Source: an uncultured Clostridia bacterium (GTDB lineage Bacteria; Bacillota; Clostridia; Christensenellales; UBA1242). From it: a stretch of DNA of 64,000 bases. The notes under the pieces were generated by a model. The model searched no databases. It was not told where the DNA came from and saw nothing but the letters and a program-made list of their open reading frames with translations. Positions 28,614 through 38,822 of this stretch are shown here, piece after piece. Position numbers and translations under genes: made by a program. The stretch is from positions 2,878 to 66,877 of the forward strand of contig CALWGY010000005.1 in the NCBI GenBank assembly GCA_944380265.1, in the 5' to 3' direction. Position 1 is the stretch's first letter. Each line of letters begins with the position of its first letter.

Positions 28614-29306
28614 TTATGGTCTTTCAATAACAATGTCGGCAACAGAAACAGAGTTTTCAGTTACATTGTTAATAATTATGTTTGCAACATCGGCTGGATT
28701 CATGAATTTACTTGACCTTTCAAGTGAAACATAGTCGCGTGAATTATTCCAAAAATCTGTGTTCATTCCGCCAGGATAAACCCCAACAACTTTAATTTTT
28801 GATTGTTTAAAGTATTCTTTCAAACTTTCAGTGAAACCCCTAACACCCCATTTTGAAGCACAATAAACACTTTCAAGTGGATTTCCTTTTAAAGCGGCAG
28901 TGCTTAAAATGTTAACAATTTTTCCGCCATGTTTTTCCATTAAAGGAATTGCATAGTTAGTTGTTAAAATTGTTCCAATTAAATTTGTTTTAATAATGCT
29001 TTCGGTTTTTGTTGCGTCGTTGTTATCAGGGTCGCCAAACAAACCAATGCCAGCACAATTAAACAAATATTCAATGTTGTAGCCTTTTTCTGCTAGTGTG
29101 TTAAACACGTTTTTAACAAACTCTTCGTTTGAAACATCACCATTAAAACCAAAAACACTTTTTGGAAGATGAGAAAGTGCGGTGTTAAGTTTTTCTTTGC
29201 TTTTTCCAATCAAGCAAACATCAAATTCGCCCCAGTTGGAAAGTTGCTTGGCAATTTCAAAACCCAAACCACTTGTTCCACCAGTTATAACAACAAGTTT
29301 ATTCAT
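28614..29306 (-). CDS. SDR-family oxidoreductase
   Basis: VVITGGTSGLGFEIAK, NCAG, and S..YCASK; AAGGAG RBS. Confidence 0.85.
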   Translation of the reverse strand: MNKLVVITGGTSGLGFEIAKQLSNWGEFDVCLIGKSKEKLNTALSHLPKSVFGFNGDVSNEEFVKNVFNTLAEKGYNIEYLFNCAGIGLFGDPDNNDATKTESIIKTNLIGTILTTNYAIPLMEKHGGKIVNILSTAALKGNPLESVYCASKWGVRGFTESLKEYFKQSKIKVVGVYPGGMNTDFWNNSRDYVSLERSSKFMNPADVANIIINNVTENSVSVADIVIERP

Positions 29307-29683
29307 AAAAAATCTCCTTAAATTTTATTATGTTAATTATATCATACACCACAAAAAAACACTATTTTTTGTTAACAATTTTAACTGTGGTTGGAATATA
29401 CTTTAATTAATAATGTGATGCTAAAATTTAACCAAAATTTGTTAGTTACTTTTAACGCCGCTTAGGGTTATACTACTATTAAGGAGTTTAAATTTATTAA
29501 CACAAAATTAAACTAAAAAAGTAATAATTGCAGTTTAAAAAACAAATTGGTAAGTTGCCTGTAATGTTATAAAATCAATATTGTGGCAAATTATTTGACA
29601 TAAGTTATTTAATAATTTACACTTAAAACTAACAATAAATTTAATGTTTTACGAAAAACTTAAAACATTCTAATTTTTCATTA

Positions 29684-31135
29684 ATGGAACTTTTTAATTA
29701 CATATTATCTATAATAAACAACATTTTAATAACACTTATAGGAATTGCTTTTGGCATACAAGTTTTTTATGTGCTTTTGTTTTTTATTAAAAACAAAAAA
29801 TTTCCAGAAGCAAAAGTGAAACACAAGTTTTGCATTATAATTCCTGCCAGAAACGAATCAAAAATAATTAAGCAAACAGTAATGCACATGCAAAAACTAA
29901 ATTATCCACGTGAACTTTATGATATTTTTGTTGTTGCCGACAACTGCACCGATAACACCGCCGAACTTGCACGCGAGGCAGGAGCAATTGTTTTTGAACA
30001 TTTTGATGATGAACCAAGCCACAAACGTGTGGGATACGCGTTGCAATTTGCATTTGAAAAAATTTTGAAAGAATACGATAATTATGATGCCTTTGTTAGG
30101 TTCGATGCCGACAACTTGTGCCATGCCGATTATTTGCTAAAAATGAATGACGCATTAGATAGTGGTGTTAAACTTGCAAGGGGATATAATGGTTCAAAAA
30201 ACTTAACACAAAATTTGGTTAGTGGTGTTAGTGGACTTTGGTATATTCGTGATTGCAGATTTAGTGCTCACGGCAGAAAACTTATTGGTTGCGGTCAATT
30301 GCTTGTTGGCAGTGGCATGATGGCTTCCATGGATTTAATTAGGGAAGATGGTGGCTGGCAATGTTTAAGTTTGGTTGAAGACCAAGAGTTTGCAATAAAA
30401 CAACTTTACAAAGGTTACAAAGCCGATTATGTTGAAGATGCAGTTGTTTATGATGACCAACCAACCACAATAAAAGATAATTTTAATCGCCATGTTAGAA
30501 TTGGTCATGGCGTTCACAAATTGTTTTGGACAGATGGAATTAAGTGTTTTGGAAAGTTTTTCACAACATTTAACTATACATATTTAGATGTGTTTTTAAC
30601 ACTTTTGTTCATTCCAATGGCGGTTATTATGTGCACATGGCTTCCAGCATATTACATTTATGATATTGTTTATAATTGGGTTGTGGGCAACATGGCACAT
30701 GTTTATATGGTGTTAAGGGTTATTTGTTTAGCACTGGTGTTTGCATTTATTATTCCGTTTATTTTGCAAGCGGCATTAGTTGCATTTTTGGAACGCAAAA
30801 AAATTGGCAGGGAAAATTGCAAACGACTAATTCCAACAATTTTGATGTTTCCAACATTTATGATAATTTATGCTGTTAGCATTTGCTGTGGAGTTTTTTC
30901 AAAACCAAAATGGAAACAAATTGCCAGAAACGATGTTGTTTTAATTGATAAAGAAAATTTGGGTGAATCGGAAGTGGAAGTTAACACTGCGGAAGATTTT
31001 AAACAAAACAGCAAAAAAACAAAAAGTAAAAGAAGCAAAGAAAAAACTGATTCAAATTTGGAAGACGCAAAAGCATTTAGTGAGCATTCATCAAAAGAAG
31101 AAAATATTTCTTTGGAAGATAACAATTCAAATTAA
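29684..31135 (+). CDS. Membrane-embedded family 2 glycosyltransferase (processive synthase-like, COG1215-type) with an acidic/Lys-rich C-terminal tail
   Basis: IIIPARNES, VVADNCTDNT, and RFDADN (DxD), plus an N-terminal TM and several C-terminal TM helices. No obvious RBS. Confidence 0.75.
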   Translation: MELFNYILSIINNILITLIGIAFGIQVFYVLLFFIKNKKFPEAKVKHKFCIIIPARNESKIIKQTVMHMQKLNYPRELYDIFVVADNCTDNTAELAREAGAIVFEHFDDEPSHKRVGYALQFAFEKILKEYDNYDAFVRFDADNLCHADYLLKMNDALDSGVKLARGYNGSKNLTQNLVSGVSGLWYIRDCRFSAHGRKLIGCGQLLVGSGMMASMDLIREDGGWQCLSLVEDQEFAIKQLYKGYKADYVEDAVVYDDQPTTIKDNFNRHVRIGHGVHKLFWTDGIKCFGKFFTTFNYTYLDVFLTLLFIPMAVIMCTWLPAYYIYDIVYNWVVGNMAHVYMVLRVICLALVFAFIIPFILQAALVAFLERKKIGRENCKRLIPTILMFPTFMIIYAVSICCGVFSKPKWKQIARNDVVLIDKENLGESEVEVNTAEDFKQNSKKTKSKRSKEKTDSNLEDAKAFSEHSSKEENISLEDNNSN

Positions 31136-31277
31136 AATGAATCTTAACAAATAAATTAGTTGTTTGAATAAAACAAAAAATTTGTTGCTAGAAAACATAA
31201 AATATGAACAATGTTTTGATTTTGATTATTAATTTTTAAAAATCAATTAATTAAGATATTAAATTAATTTATAGCAT

Positions 31278-31308
31278 AAAAAAATCTTGGAAAACCCAAG
31301 ATTTTTTC
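31278..31308. terminator. Terminator between convergent genes
   Basis: ATCTTGG-AAAAC-CCAAGAT flanked by an A-run and a T-run. Confidence 0.6.
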
Positions 31309-31344
31309 TTTTATCTTTTATTTTTTTTAATAAATATTTATTAA

Positions 31345-32238
31345 TTATTCTTTCCCTTTATCTTTGTTTTGAGCAGTTTGCAAAATTTTTAGGTTATAGT
31401 TAATTTCGCTTTCGTTTGGGTCATACTCTTCAATTGGTGTTTTTTGCACTGTGAACAAAGTGTTAAGTTCTTGCAAGTGTGGGTTTTCAAGATTTGGTTT
31501 TTTTAATTTCATTGTTTGTTGTTTTGGATTTTTAAGCTGTGGAGTTATTCGTTTGCGCCTATATGCTTTTTGAACTTTATTAAAAAACTTAACAGCACTT
31601 TCTTCATCATAATCTCCACTTAAAATTAATTTGTGCATTTCATCATTGTAAGCATCAACATTTGGAGCATTTGCTAAATTTCTAAGTGGACTTAGTTCCA
31701 AAAGTTTTTCAAGCCTTATTTTAAATTTAGAAAATTTTAGTTTTGTTGTTGGTGAATATAAAATTGAGTTTCCGCCATAACTATATGGGTTAACATTTGG
31801 GTAAAATCCCATTTTTTGCAAAAACTTTCTGCCTGCATCAGTGGTTGCATCGGCACAAATATCTTCAACTTTAAATGTTTCAAAAATGTCGGGCATAATT
31901 TTTTCATATGCTTTTGTGCCGTAACCAAGTCCGGTGTTTTTTGCAATTGATTCGTTTAAATACATTTCATTTGAAATATGGTCGTAAATGTGAGTAAATG
32001 TGCAAACAATTTTATTGTTTGAAACTGCAACGTAAATTAAGTGGTTGCCATCGGTGTTTGGTGCAATGTTTTTAAGTTTTTCTCTTGTTACGTTTTTTGT
32101 GGCAACACCAAGCAGTAATTTTAAAGAGTGTGTTAAGGTTTCGCCCGAGTTAAAAACATTGTAAATTCTACTTATTAAGTTGTCATTTTCTGGTGTGAAT
32201 AAAACTTTAAAAATTTCAACTGAATCATTTTTTTTCAT
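31345..32238 (-). CDS. GNAT-like N-acetyltransferase domain protein with a basic C-terminal extension
   Basis: The region IAKNTGLGYGTKAYEKI...ADATTDAGRKFLQKMGFY resembles the GNAT acetyl-CoA binding motif A. The match is weak. Confidence 0.4.
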   Translation of the reverse strand: MKKNDSVEIFKVLFTPENDNLISRIYNVFNSGETLTHSLKLLLGVATKNVTREKLKNIAPNTDGNHLIYVAVSNNKIVCTFTHIYDHISNEMYLNESIAKNTGLGYGTKAYEKIMPDIFETFKVEDICADATTDAGRKFLQKMGFYPNVNPYSYGGNSILYSPTTKLKFSKFKIRLEKLLELSPLRNLANAPNVDAYNDEMHKLILSGDYDEESAVKFFNKVQKAYRRKRITPQLKNPKQQTMKLKKPNLENPHLQELNTLFTVQKTPIEEYDPNESEINYNLKILQTAQNKDKGKE

Positions 32239-32349
32239 ACCATTACTTTACCATTTTTAGCACAAATTGTAAATACCCAAATTTTAAGTTTTGGGGCTAT
32301 AATATTAACTTTGCTTTACAAAAAAAATATTATGTAATATTCTAAAAAT

Positions 32350-32982
32350 ATGATAACAACTTATGATTTTAGTAAAATTGAACTTCCAATAGGCGACCCC
32401 CTTGGATATTATGTTAAAGAAGGCAATGTGGTGCTAATTTCTGCACCGCATGCAGTTTCGCAAACCAGAAACGGAAAAACAAAATTTTCGGAACCACAAA
32501 CATTCAAACTTGCTCAAATTTTGCAGGAAAAAACAGGGTGCAGTGTTATAATTAAAACCGAAAATCAAAAAGATGATGCAAACTATTACGAAAATTCCAA
32601 CTATCGCAACAAAATTGCTAGTTTAATTGAACAGGGTAAAATTAAATATGTTTTAGATTTGCACAACTTAAATTTTAAGCGAAGTCAACAAATCAACTTG
32701 GGCACAAACTATGGGTTTAATGTTGTGGGGAATTTTACACTTCTTAACAGAATTGTTCAAATTTTTGAAAATAATGGTTTTATTGTAACAAAAGATTTTC
32801 CATTTGTTGCTCCACAAAACACAATTGCAGGTTTTTTTTCAAAAAATTACAGAGTTTTTAGTTTGCAAATTGAAATTAACAGTGGAATTTGCAAAACGGA
32901 AGATGGAATTAACAACCTAGTTGATTCTTTAACAGAAATTGTTAAAAGCATTTTGGCTTATGAAAAAACAAAAAAGGACTAA
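32350..32982 (+). CDS. Hypothetical protein (possibly N-formylglutamate amidohydrolase-like fold)
   Basis: 210-aa ORF with a terminator over its stop codon. The ISAPHAVSQTRNG and LDLHN segments are only suggestive. Confidence 0.35.
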   Translation: MITTYDFSKIELPIGDPLGYYVKEGNVVLISAPHAVSQTRNGKTKFSEPQTFKLAQILQEKTGCSVIIKTENQKDDANYYENSNYRNKIASLIEQGKIKYVLDLHNLNFKRSQQINLGTNYGFNVVGNFTLLNRIVQIFENNGFIVTKDFPFVAPQNTIAGFFSKNYRVFSLQIEINSGICKTEDGINNLVDSLTEIVKSILAYEKTKKD

Positions 32983-33098
32983 CTTAGTCCTTTTTTTAAC
33001 ATAATTACTGTTTATAAAAATAACATCTTTCTGTATCAAACCAAATTGAATTTTATTTTTGTTATTTTATTTAAAAATTAACTTAAATTTTAACTTGT

Positions 33099-34430
33099 TT
33101 AAAGTCCCAAAATTGCAGATGCAATTAAAAAGTAACTAACAATTGCAATGCAGTCAACCAATGTGGAAATTATTGGTGCAGCCATAATTGCAGGGTCAAG
33201 TTTACATTTTTTTGCCAAAATTGGAAGTCCGCCACCAATAAATTCGGCAATAATAACAACAATAACCAAACTAAGTGCAATAACAAGCCCCAAAAGTGGG
33301 TCGCCATATCTAATCCAAACAATAACAAAATTAACAATGCTTAAAACTGAACTAACAAGTAACGAAACTTTAAATTCCTTAAAAGCAACTTTAAAGTAAT
33401 CTTTCAAAGTTATTTCGTTAAGTGCTAGCCCACGAATAACTAGGGTTGCGGATTGTGAACCGCAGTTTCCGCCAGTTCCCATAAGCATTGGTATGAATGT
33501 TACAAGTGCAGGAATTGCAACAAATGCATCTTCAAAAAACGACATAATTGCACCGGTTATGGATGCAGAAAGTGTTAAAAACAACAACCAAAAAATTCTT
33601 TTTTTAGCATGAGTGAATGCTGATGTTTTAAGGTATGGGTCGTCAGTTGGCGAAATTGCAGCCATAATTTCCATATCTTCTGTTGCTTCTTCTTTAACAA
33701 CGTCCATAATGTCGTCAACCGTAACAATTCCAACAAGACGATTTTCGGTGTCTATTATTGGTAAAGCGTAAAAATCGTATTTATCAAAAAGTTTAGAAAC
33801 TTCTTCTTGGTCGGTGTGAGTGGTGGAGTAAACAACATTTGGGTTCATGATGTTTTCAATTTTGTCATCACTGTTTGCCAAAATTAAGTCCTTAATGCTA
33901 AGCACACCTTGAATTTTGCGTTTAGAATCGGTAACAAAAATTGTTCCAACAGTTTCAGCATCGGTGGCTTTCTTTTTAATTTTTTTAAAAGCTTCATCAA
34001 CTGTTAATTCTTGTTTAATGTCAATAAACTCGGTGGTCATAATGCTTCCGGCACTGTTTTCTGGGTAGGAAAGCAGTTTGTTAATTATGTCGCGGTTTTC
34101 CTTTGTGGTGTTTTTTAGCACACGTTTAACAACATTTGCAGGCATCTCCTGAACAAAATCGGCAGCATCATCCATATATAGGTCCGCCATGATATGTTCA
34201 ATTTCCTTATCTTTTAGTGCGTTTATAATGGTTTCCTGCATGTCGGAATTTAAAAATGAAAAAACATCGGCTGCCACATCTTTGCTTAGCAACTTAAACA
34301 GAATTATTATTTGTTGTGGTTCTTCCAAACTTTCAAAAAGTGTGGCAATATCTGCAATGTTTAAATTTTTTAATTGCTCTTTTAATTCTTGAAAATTTTT
34401 GTTTTCAAGTTCTAGTTTAATATCTTCCAT
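33099..34430 (-). CDS. mgtE: Magnesium transporter MgtE
   Basis: MgtE N-domain, tandem CBS pair (ALPIIDTENRLVGIVTVDDIMDV), and a five-TM C-domain with GTGGNCGSQSATL. Confidence 0.92.
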   Translation of the reverse strand: MEDIKLELENKNFQELKEQLKNLNIADIATLFESLEEPQQIIILFKLLSKDVAADVFSFLNSDMQETIINALKDKEIEHIMADLYMDDAADFVQEMPANVVKRVLKNTTKENRDIINKLLSYPENSAGSIMTTEFIDIKQELTVDEAFKKIKKKATDAETVGTIFVTDSKRKIQGVLSIKDLILANSDDKIENIMNPNVVYSTTHTDQEEVSKLFDKYDFYALPIIDTENRLVGIVTVDDIMDVVKEEATEDMEIMAAISPTDDPYLKTSAFTHAKKRIFWLLFLTLSASITGAIMSFFEDAFVAIPALVTFIPMLMGTGGNCGSQSATLVIRGLALNEITLKDYFKVAFKEFKVSLLVSSVLSIVNFVIVWIRYGDPLLGLVIALSLVIVVIIAEFIGGGLPILAKKCKLDPAIMAAPIISTLVDCIAIVSYFLIASAILGL

Positions 34431-34815
34431 ACTCTTTTCCTTTGCACAAACAAAAAGAGCATGAAATTAAAATTGATTTTTTAAATCAATGAAGGTTCTT
34501 TTTATTCGTGCTTTATTAAATTTTTGTTTCTCGGAACTGTGTCCATAAAATTAAATTTTCCTTTTTTAAAAATTTTTAAAGCAACCAAAGTTTAACAAAA
34601 AAAATTTAAATTGTAAACCCTATTTTTTAACCTTTTTTTAATTTTATACATTTCATTTTATTACAGGGTTTAAAAATTTGTTTAATAAAGTTAAATTTGT
34701 AAAATTTAAGGCAATAATACAACATTTTAACAAATATTGTAAAACATTTTGCTTTACAATCTTTTTGTTATTTAGTAAAATTACAATAGCGATATTAAAA
34801 ACAAAGGGGTTATTT

Positions 34816-35481
34816 ATGAATTCGGTTAAAAAATTTAACAAAGTTATTGGAATTATTGCTTTCATTTTAATGATTACAAGTTTTTTACTAACAGTTGTAA
34901 TTAACCAAGCAAATGTTTATGCTGAAAGTTTAAACACACATGTTCACACCGAAGCTTGTGCTCATGAATCAGTTGCTGTTGGTGAAAATGAAAGTGCAGT
35001 GTTGTCTTCAGATCCAACAACAGATCCAGCAGAATGTCCACATTGTCATTGTACAGTTTATGGATGTTCTAAATGCTGGACAGATAGAGTAGTGACAAAT
35101 GGAAAACCTACTGATACTCAAAATATAAAAGATGGTGTTGTAACATATACTAACATATGTCCAGGCAAAGGCCAAACTGGTTATGTTTGCCCATTAGACA
35201 TAACAAAACAAACTTGGTATACAAACATGATGCAAATTGTTGATGTTATTGATGGATTTTTGTTGCCAATCATTTTAATTTTGGGAACAGCAGGAACAAT
35301 TTTTGTTATAGTCTTGGGTGTTCAATTCAGTAAAGCAGAAAGTGCTGATAAACGTGAAGAAGCTAAAAAACGTATGATAAACGCAATTATTGGTGTTGTT
35401 GTAACATTGCTATTGTTAATTTTGGTTAAACTTTTCACAGCAAATGCACCAGAAATTGTTGGCTGGATTAACAGACAATAA
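34816..35481 (+). CDS. Cys-rich exported protein with a C-terminal two-helix hairpin reminiscent of TrbC/VirB2-type pilins
   Basis: The ATG at 34816 follows AAAGGGG. The protein has a signal/anchor MNSVKKFNKVIGIIAFILMITSFLL, a Cys cluster ECPHCHCTVYGCSKCW, and a C-terminal LLPIILILGTAGTIFVIVLGV-charged loop-AIIGVVVTLLLLILVKLF. Confidence 0.4.
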   Translation: MNSVKKFNKVIGIIAFILMITSFLLTVVINQANVYAESLNTHVHTEACAHESVAVGENESAVLSSDPTTDPAECPHCHCTVYGCSKCWTDRVVTNGKPTDTQNIKDGVVTYTNICPGKGQTGYVCPLDITKQTWYTNMMQIVDVIDGFLLPIILILGTAGTIFVIVLGVQFSKAESADKREEAKKRMINAIIGVVVTLLLLILVKLFTANAPEIVGWINRQ

Positions 35482-35499
35482 TAGAATAAATAACAAAAC

Positions 35500-35528
35500 A
35501 AAAAGGAACAGCTATGTTCCTTTTTTTG
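35500..35528 (+). terminator. Rho-independent terminator
   Basis: GGAACA-GCTA-TGTTCC followed by a T-run. Confidence 0.65.
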
Positions 35529-35756
35529 TTTAAAAAATAAAATTTTTTATATTTTTAATTTATATGTTTTTTTAGTTTATGGTCCTGCCACATAAAAGTT
35601 TAACCAAATAATGGATGTTTGATTTAGGTTTGTTTTTATGTGTTTTGTAGTTAAGAACTAAAACATTAAATAATAAAAATTTTTAAAAACTCATGCAAAT
35701 GGCAAAACGCCACAAATTTAATTTAAAAAAATTTAGTAATATTATATAATTTAATT

Positions 35757-36290
35757 ATGAAACTATTAAAAATTATATTTTTTCCAATAACACTTGTTGT
35801 TATGCTTATAAAAAATTTAATAAAAAGCATTCAAAAAAAGCATATTGGTAATTTTTTTAAAAACTTAACCATATCAAAAATTGATGCGTTAACAGGCGAA
35901 CAATTTGAAGATGTTTGCAAACTCATGTTTTGTTATGCAGGTTATAACGTCCAAAAAACTGCTGCATCAAACGACTACGGTGCTGATTTAATATTAACCA
36001 AAAAACTTAAAATTGTTGTTCAGGCAAAACTGTATTACAAACACGGGGTGGGCAACCATGCAGTGCAGGAAGTTACTTCTGCAATAAAATATTATGGGGC
36101 GGCATTTGGTGTTGTTATAACAAACTGGAAATTTACTAATCAAGCAAAAACAATGGCAAAAATTCAAAATGTTTTGTTAATTGACCGTGGCGATGTTTTG
36201 CAGTTTTTGCAAGATGTTAAATCAAAAACAAAACAATCAAAAATTTTTAATCTAGAAAAAAGTTTGACGGTTGAAGTTGTGGAATGTTAA
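35757..36290 (+). CDS. Membrane-anchored Mrr_cat-type restriction endonuclease domain protein
   Basis: An N-terminal TM helix, then FEDVCKLMF...GYNVQKT..SNDYGADLIL...IVVQAKLY...VQEV, which fits the PD-(D/E)xK Mrr_cat pattern (D...QAK). Confidence 0.65.
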   Translation: MKLLKIIFFPITLVVMLIKNLIKSIQKKHIGNFFKNLTISKIDALTGEQFEDVCKLMFCYAGYNVQKTAASNDYGADLILTKKLKIVVQAKLYYKHGVGNHAVQEVTSAIKYYGAAFGVVITNWKFTNQAKTMAKIQNVLLIDRGDVLQFLQDVKSKTKQSKIFNLEKSLTVEVVEC

Positions 36291-36476
36291 TTTGTTTGTT
36301 TTGCTAGAACAAAAACGTTTTTAGAAATATATAAGCCTAAAAATTTTTAGTGTTAGTTTTAATGTTAAAAAAACAAAACGGAACATATTTATTGTTGTTA
36401 AAACACAATTACAGTGCAAACACTTTTAAAATTCGGACTTTGTTTGATAAAATATATTTAAAGGAAAGGGGAAAAC

Positions 36477-36959
36477 ATGAAAGGTAAAATTGATGAAAAC
36501 AAACTTAGTGAGCAAAATGAAATTGACCAAATTGTTGAAAAAATTAATTCCGACCCAAGTGAGTTGATTCATTGCTTGCAAATAATTCAAAGCAAATTGG
36601 GTTACATTTCGGAATATGCAGTTAAAGCAATTTCTAAAAAACTAAAAATTTCGGAAAGTGACATTTTTTCGGTTGTAACATTTTATTCACAATTCAGTTT
36701 AAAACCAAAAGCAAAATATGAAATTCAGGTTTGTTTGGGAACAGCATGCTATGTTTTGGGAGCAAACAAAACTTTGCAAAAATTTGAAGAAAAATTAGGC
36801 ATTAAAGTTGGTGAACAAACGGCTGACCACAAGTTTGAACTTAGCAAATCTAGGTGTCTGGGTTGTTGCGGACTTGCCCCTGTTGTTTCTGTTAACGGGA
36901 AAATTTATGGCAAAACCACAGAAGACAAAGTGGAAGAAATTTTGAAGGAATTGGTTTAA
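36477..36959 (+). CDS. hydC: [FeFe]-hydrogenase HydC subunit (NuoE-like thioredoxin-fold [2Fe-2S] protein)
   Basis: Cys pattern CLGTACYVLG ... CLGCCGLAP; AGGGGA RBS. Confidence 0.85.
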   Translation: MKGKIDENKLSEQNEIDQIVEKINSDPSELIHCLQIIQSKLGYISEYAVKAISKKLKISESDIFSVVTFYSQFSLKPKAKYEIQVCLGTACYVLGANKTLQKFEEKLGIKVGEQTADHKFELSKSRCLGCCGLAPVVSVNGKIYGKTTEDKVEEILKELV

Positions 36960-36980
36960 CTAAAACCATTGGGGGAATGT

Positions 36981-38813
36981 ATGACATTAAAGGAACTTGA
37001 AACATTAAGGGAACACCGACTTAAAGAAATTGATGCAAGATTTAATAAAAATTCGAACAAAAAAGAAATTATGGTTTGTTCAAGCACGGGTTGCAAAAGC
37101 AACAACAGCGATGAACTAATTAAGGTTTTTAAGTTGGAAATTGAAAAAAATAATTTAAAAAATATTAGTGTTGAACACACTGGCTGTTTTGGGCTTTGTG
37201 CTTTGGGACCAATTGTTATTGTTTATCCGGAAGGAACATTCTATTGCAGAGTTACACCTGATGGAGCAAAACAAATTGTTAATGAGCATTTGGTTAAAGG
37301 AAAAGTTGCAACAAACTTTTTGTATGACACAACAAAACCAGAGCAAACAACAAAAAACGATGTTGAATTTTACAAAAAACAAATGTTTATTGCCAGAAAG
37401 GGCTCTGAATTTATTAATCCCGATAACATTTTGGATTACATTGCACTGTTTGGTTATACTGCACTATACAAGGCATTAACCACTTTAACACCAAGCCAAG
37501 TTATTGAAGAAGTTAAGTTAAGCGGACTTCGTGGTCGTGGTGGTGCAGGCTTTCCAACAGGAACAAAGTGGGAACTAACGGCAAAGGAAGTTGCAAAACA
37601 AAAATATGTTGTTTGCAATGCCGATGAAGGCGACCCAGGTGCTTTTATGGACCGAAGCATAATTGAAAGCGACCCACACAAAATTATTGAAGCAATGGCA
37701 ATTGCGGGTTATGCGGTTGGTGCAACACAAGGGTTTGTTTATTTGCGTGCCGAATATCCACTAGCAGGCGAAAGGTTGGAACGAGCAATTGTTGAAGCAA
37801 AAAAATATGGTTTAATTGGAAAAAACATTTTTGGAACAAATTTTTGTTTTGACTTAAAAATTAAGTATGGCGCGGGCGCATTTGTTTGTGGCGAAGAAAC
37901 TGCATTAATGCATTCGCTTGAAGGCAAACGTGGCGAGCCAAGAACAAGGCCACCATATCCAGCACAAAGTGGAGTGTTTGGTTGCCCAACAGTGCTAAAC
38001 AATGTTGAAACCTATGCAAACATTCCAGAAATTATTAATAATGGTGGGCTGTGGTATTCAAAAATTGGAAAAGGCAAAAGTACCGGAACAAAAGTGTTTG
38101 CGCTTTCTGGAAAAGTTAAACACACAGGATTAATTGAGTTGCCAATGGGAAGCACTCTTAGGGAAATTATTTTTGATATTGGTGGAGGCATTCCTAATGG
38201 CAAAAAGTTTAAGGCTGTTCAAATTGGTGGGCCAAGCGGAGCATGTTTGCCAGAAGATAAACTCGACCTTCCTGTTACATACGATGACCTAGCGGAAAAC
38301 GGAGCCATGATGGGCTCTGGCGGACTTATTGTTTTAGATGAAGACAGTTCCATGGTGGAAGTTGCAAAATTCTTTTTGGAATTTATTTGTGATGAAAGTT
38401 GCGGTAAGTGCACACCATGCCGAATTGGAAACCGCAGGCTTTTGGAAATTTTAAACAAACTGCTTGCAGGAAATGGAAGCATGGAAGATATTGACGAACT
38501 TGAAACCCTATCTTATTTCATTAAAGAAAACAGTTTGTGTGGGCTGGGGCAATCTTCACCAAACCCAGTTTTGTCCACGTTGAAGTATTTTAGAAACGAA
38601 TATGAAGCACTTATTGACAAAAAACATAAACTTGCTGACAAATATGTTATAAACAAAGATAAGTGCATTGGCTGTTCGGCATGTTCAAGGGCATGCCCAG
38701 TTAAGTGCATTAGTGGCGAAATTAAAAAGCCGTTTGAAATAAATCAGGAAAAATGCATTGGTTGCGGGAACTGTCAAAAAATTTGCAAGTTTAACGCAAT
38801 TGAAAAAGTGTAG
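36981..38813 (+). CDS. hydB: [FeFe]-hydrogenase HydB subunit (NuoF-like NAD(H)/FMN-binding flavoprotein with extra Fe-S domains)
   Basis: GLRGRGGAGFPTG, CNADEGDPGAF, ESCGKCTPCR, and a C-terminal 2x[4Fe-4S] (CIGCSACSRACP, CIGCGNCQKIC). The ATG at 36981 follows GGGGGA. Confidence 0.9.
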   Translation: MTLKELETLREHRLKEIDARFNKNSNKKEIMVCSSTGCKSNNSDELIKVFKLEIEKNNLKNISVEHTGCFGLCALGPIVIVYPEGTFYCRVTPDGAKQIVNEHLVKGKVATNFLYDTTKPEQTTKNDVEFYKKQMFIARKGSEFINPDNILDYIALFGYTALYKALTTLTPSQVIEEVKLSGLRGRGGAGFPTGTKWELTAKEVAKQKYVVCNADEGDPGAFMDRSIIESDPHKIIEAMAIAGYAVGATQGFVYLRAEYPLAGERLERAIVEAKKYGLIGKNIFGTNFCFDLKIKYGAGAFVCGEETALMHSLEGKRGEPRTRPPYPAQSGVFGCPTVLNNVETYANIPEIINNGGLWYSKIGKGKSTGTKVFALSGKVKHTGLIELPMGSTLREIIFDIGGGIPNGKKFKAVQIGGPSGACLPEDKLDLPVTYDDLAENGAMMGSGGLIVLDEDSSMVEVAKFFLEFICDESCGKCTPCRIGNRRLLEILNKLLAGNGSMEDIDELETLSYFIKENSLCGLGQSSPNPVLSTLKYFRNEYEALIDKKHKLADKYVINKDKCIGCSACSRACPVKCISGEIKKPFEINQEKCIGCGNCQKICKFNAIEKV

Positions 38814-38822
38814 GAGGAAAAA

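Noticed and set aside
34431-34660. Expected M-box (ykoK) Mg riboswitch upstream of mgtE.
   Set aside because: Reading the minus-strand leader, I found only small AT-rich hairpins and none of the conserved GC-rich M-box core, so I cannot support a riboswitch call. An Infernal scan would settle it.
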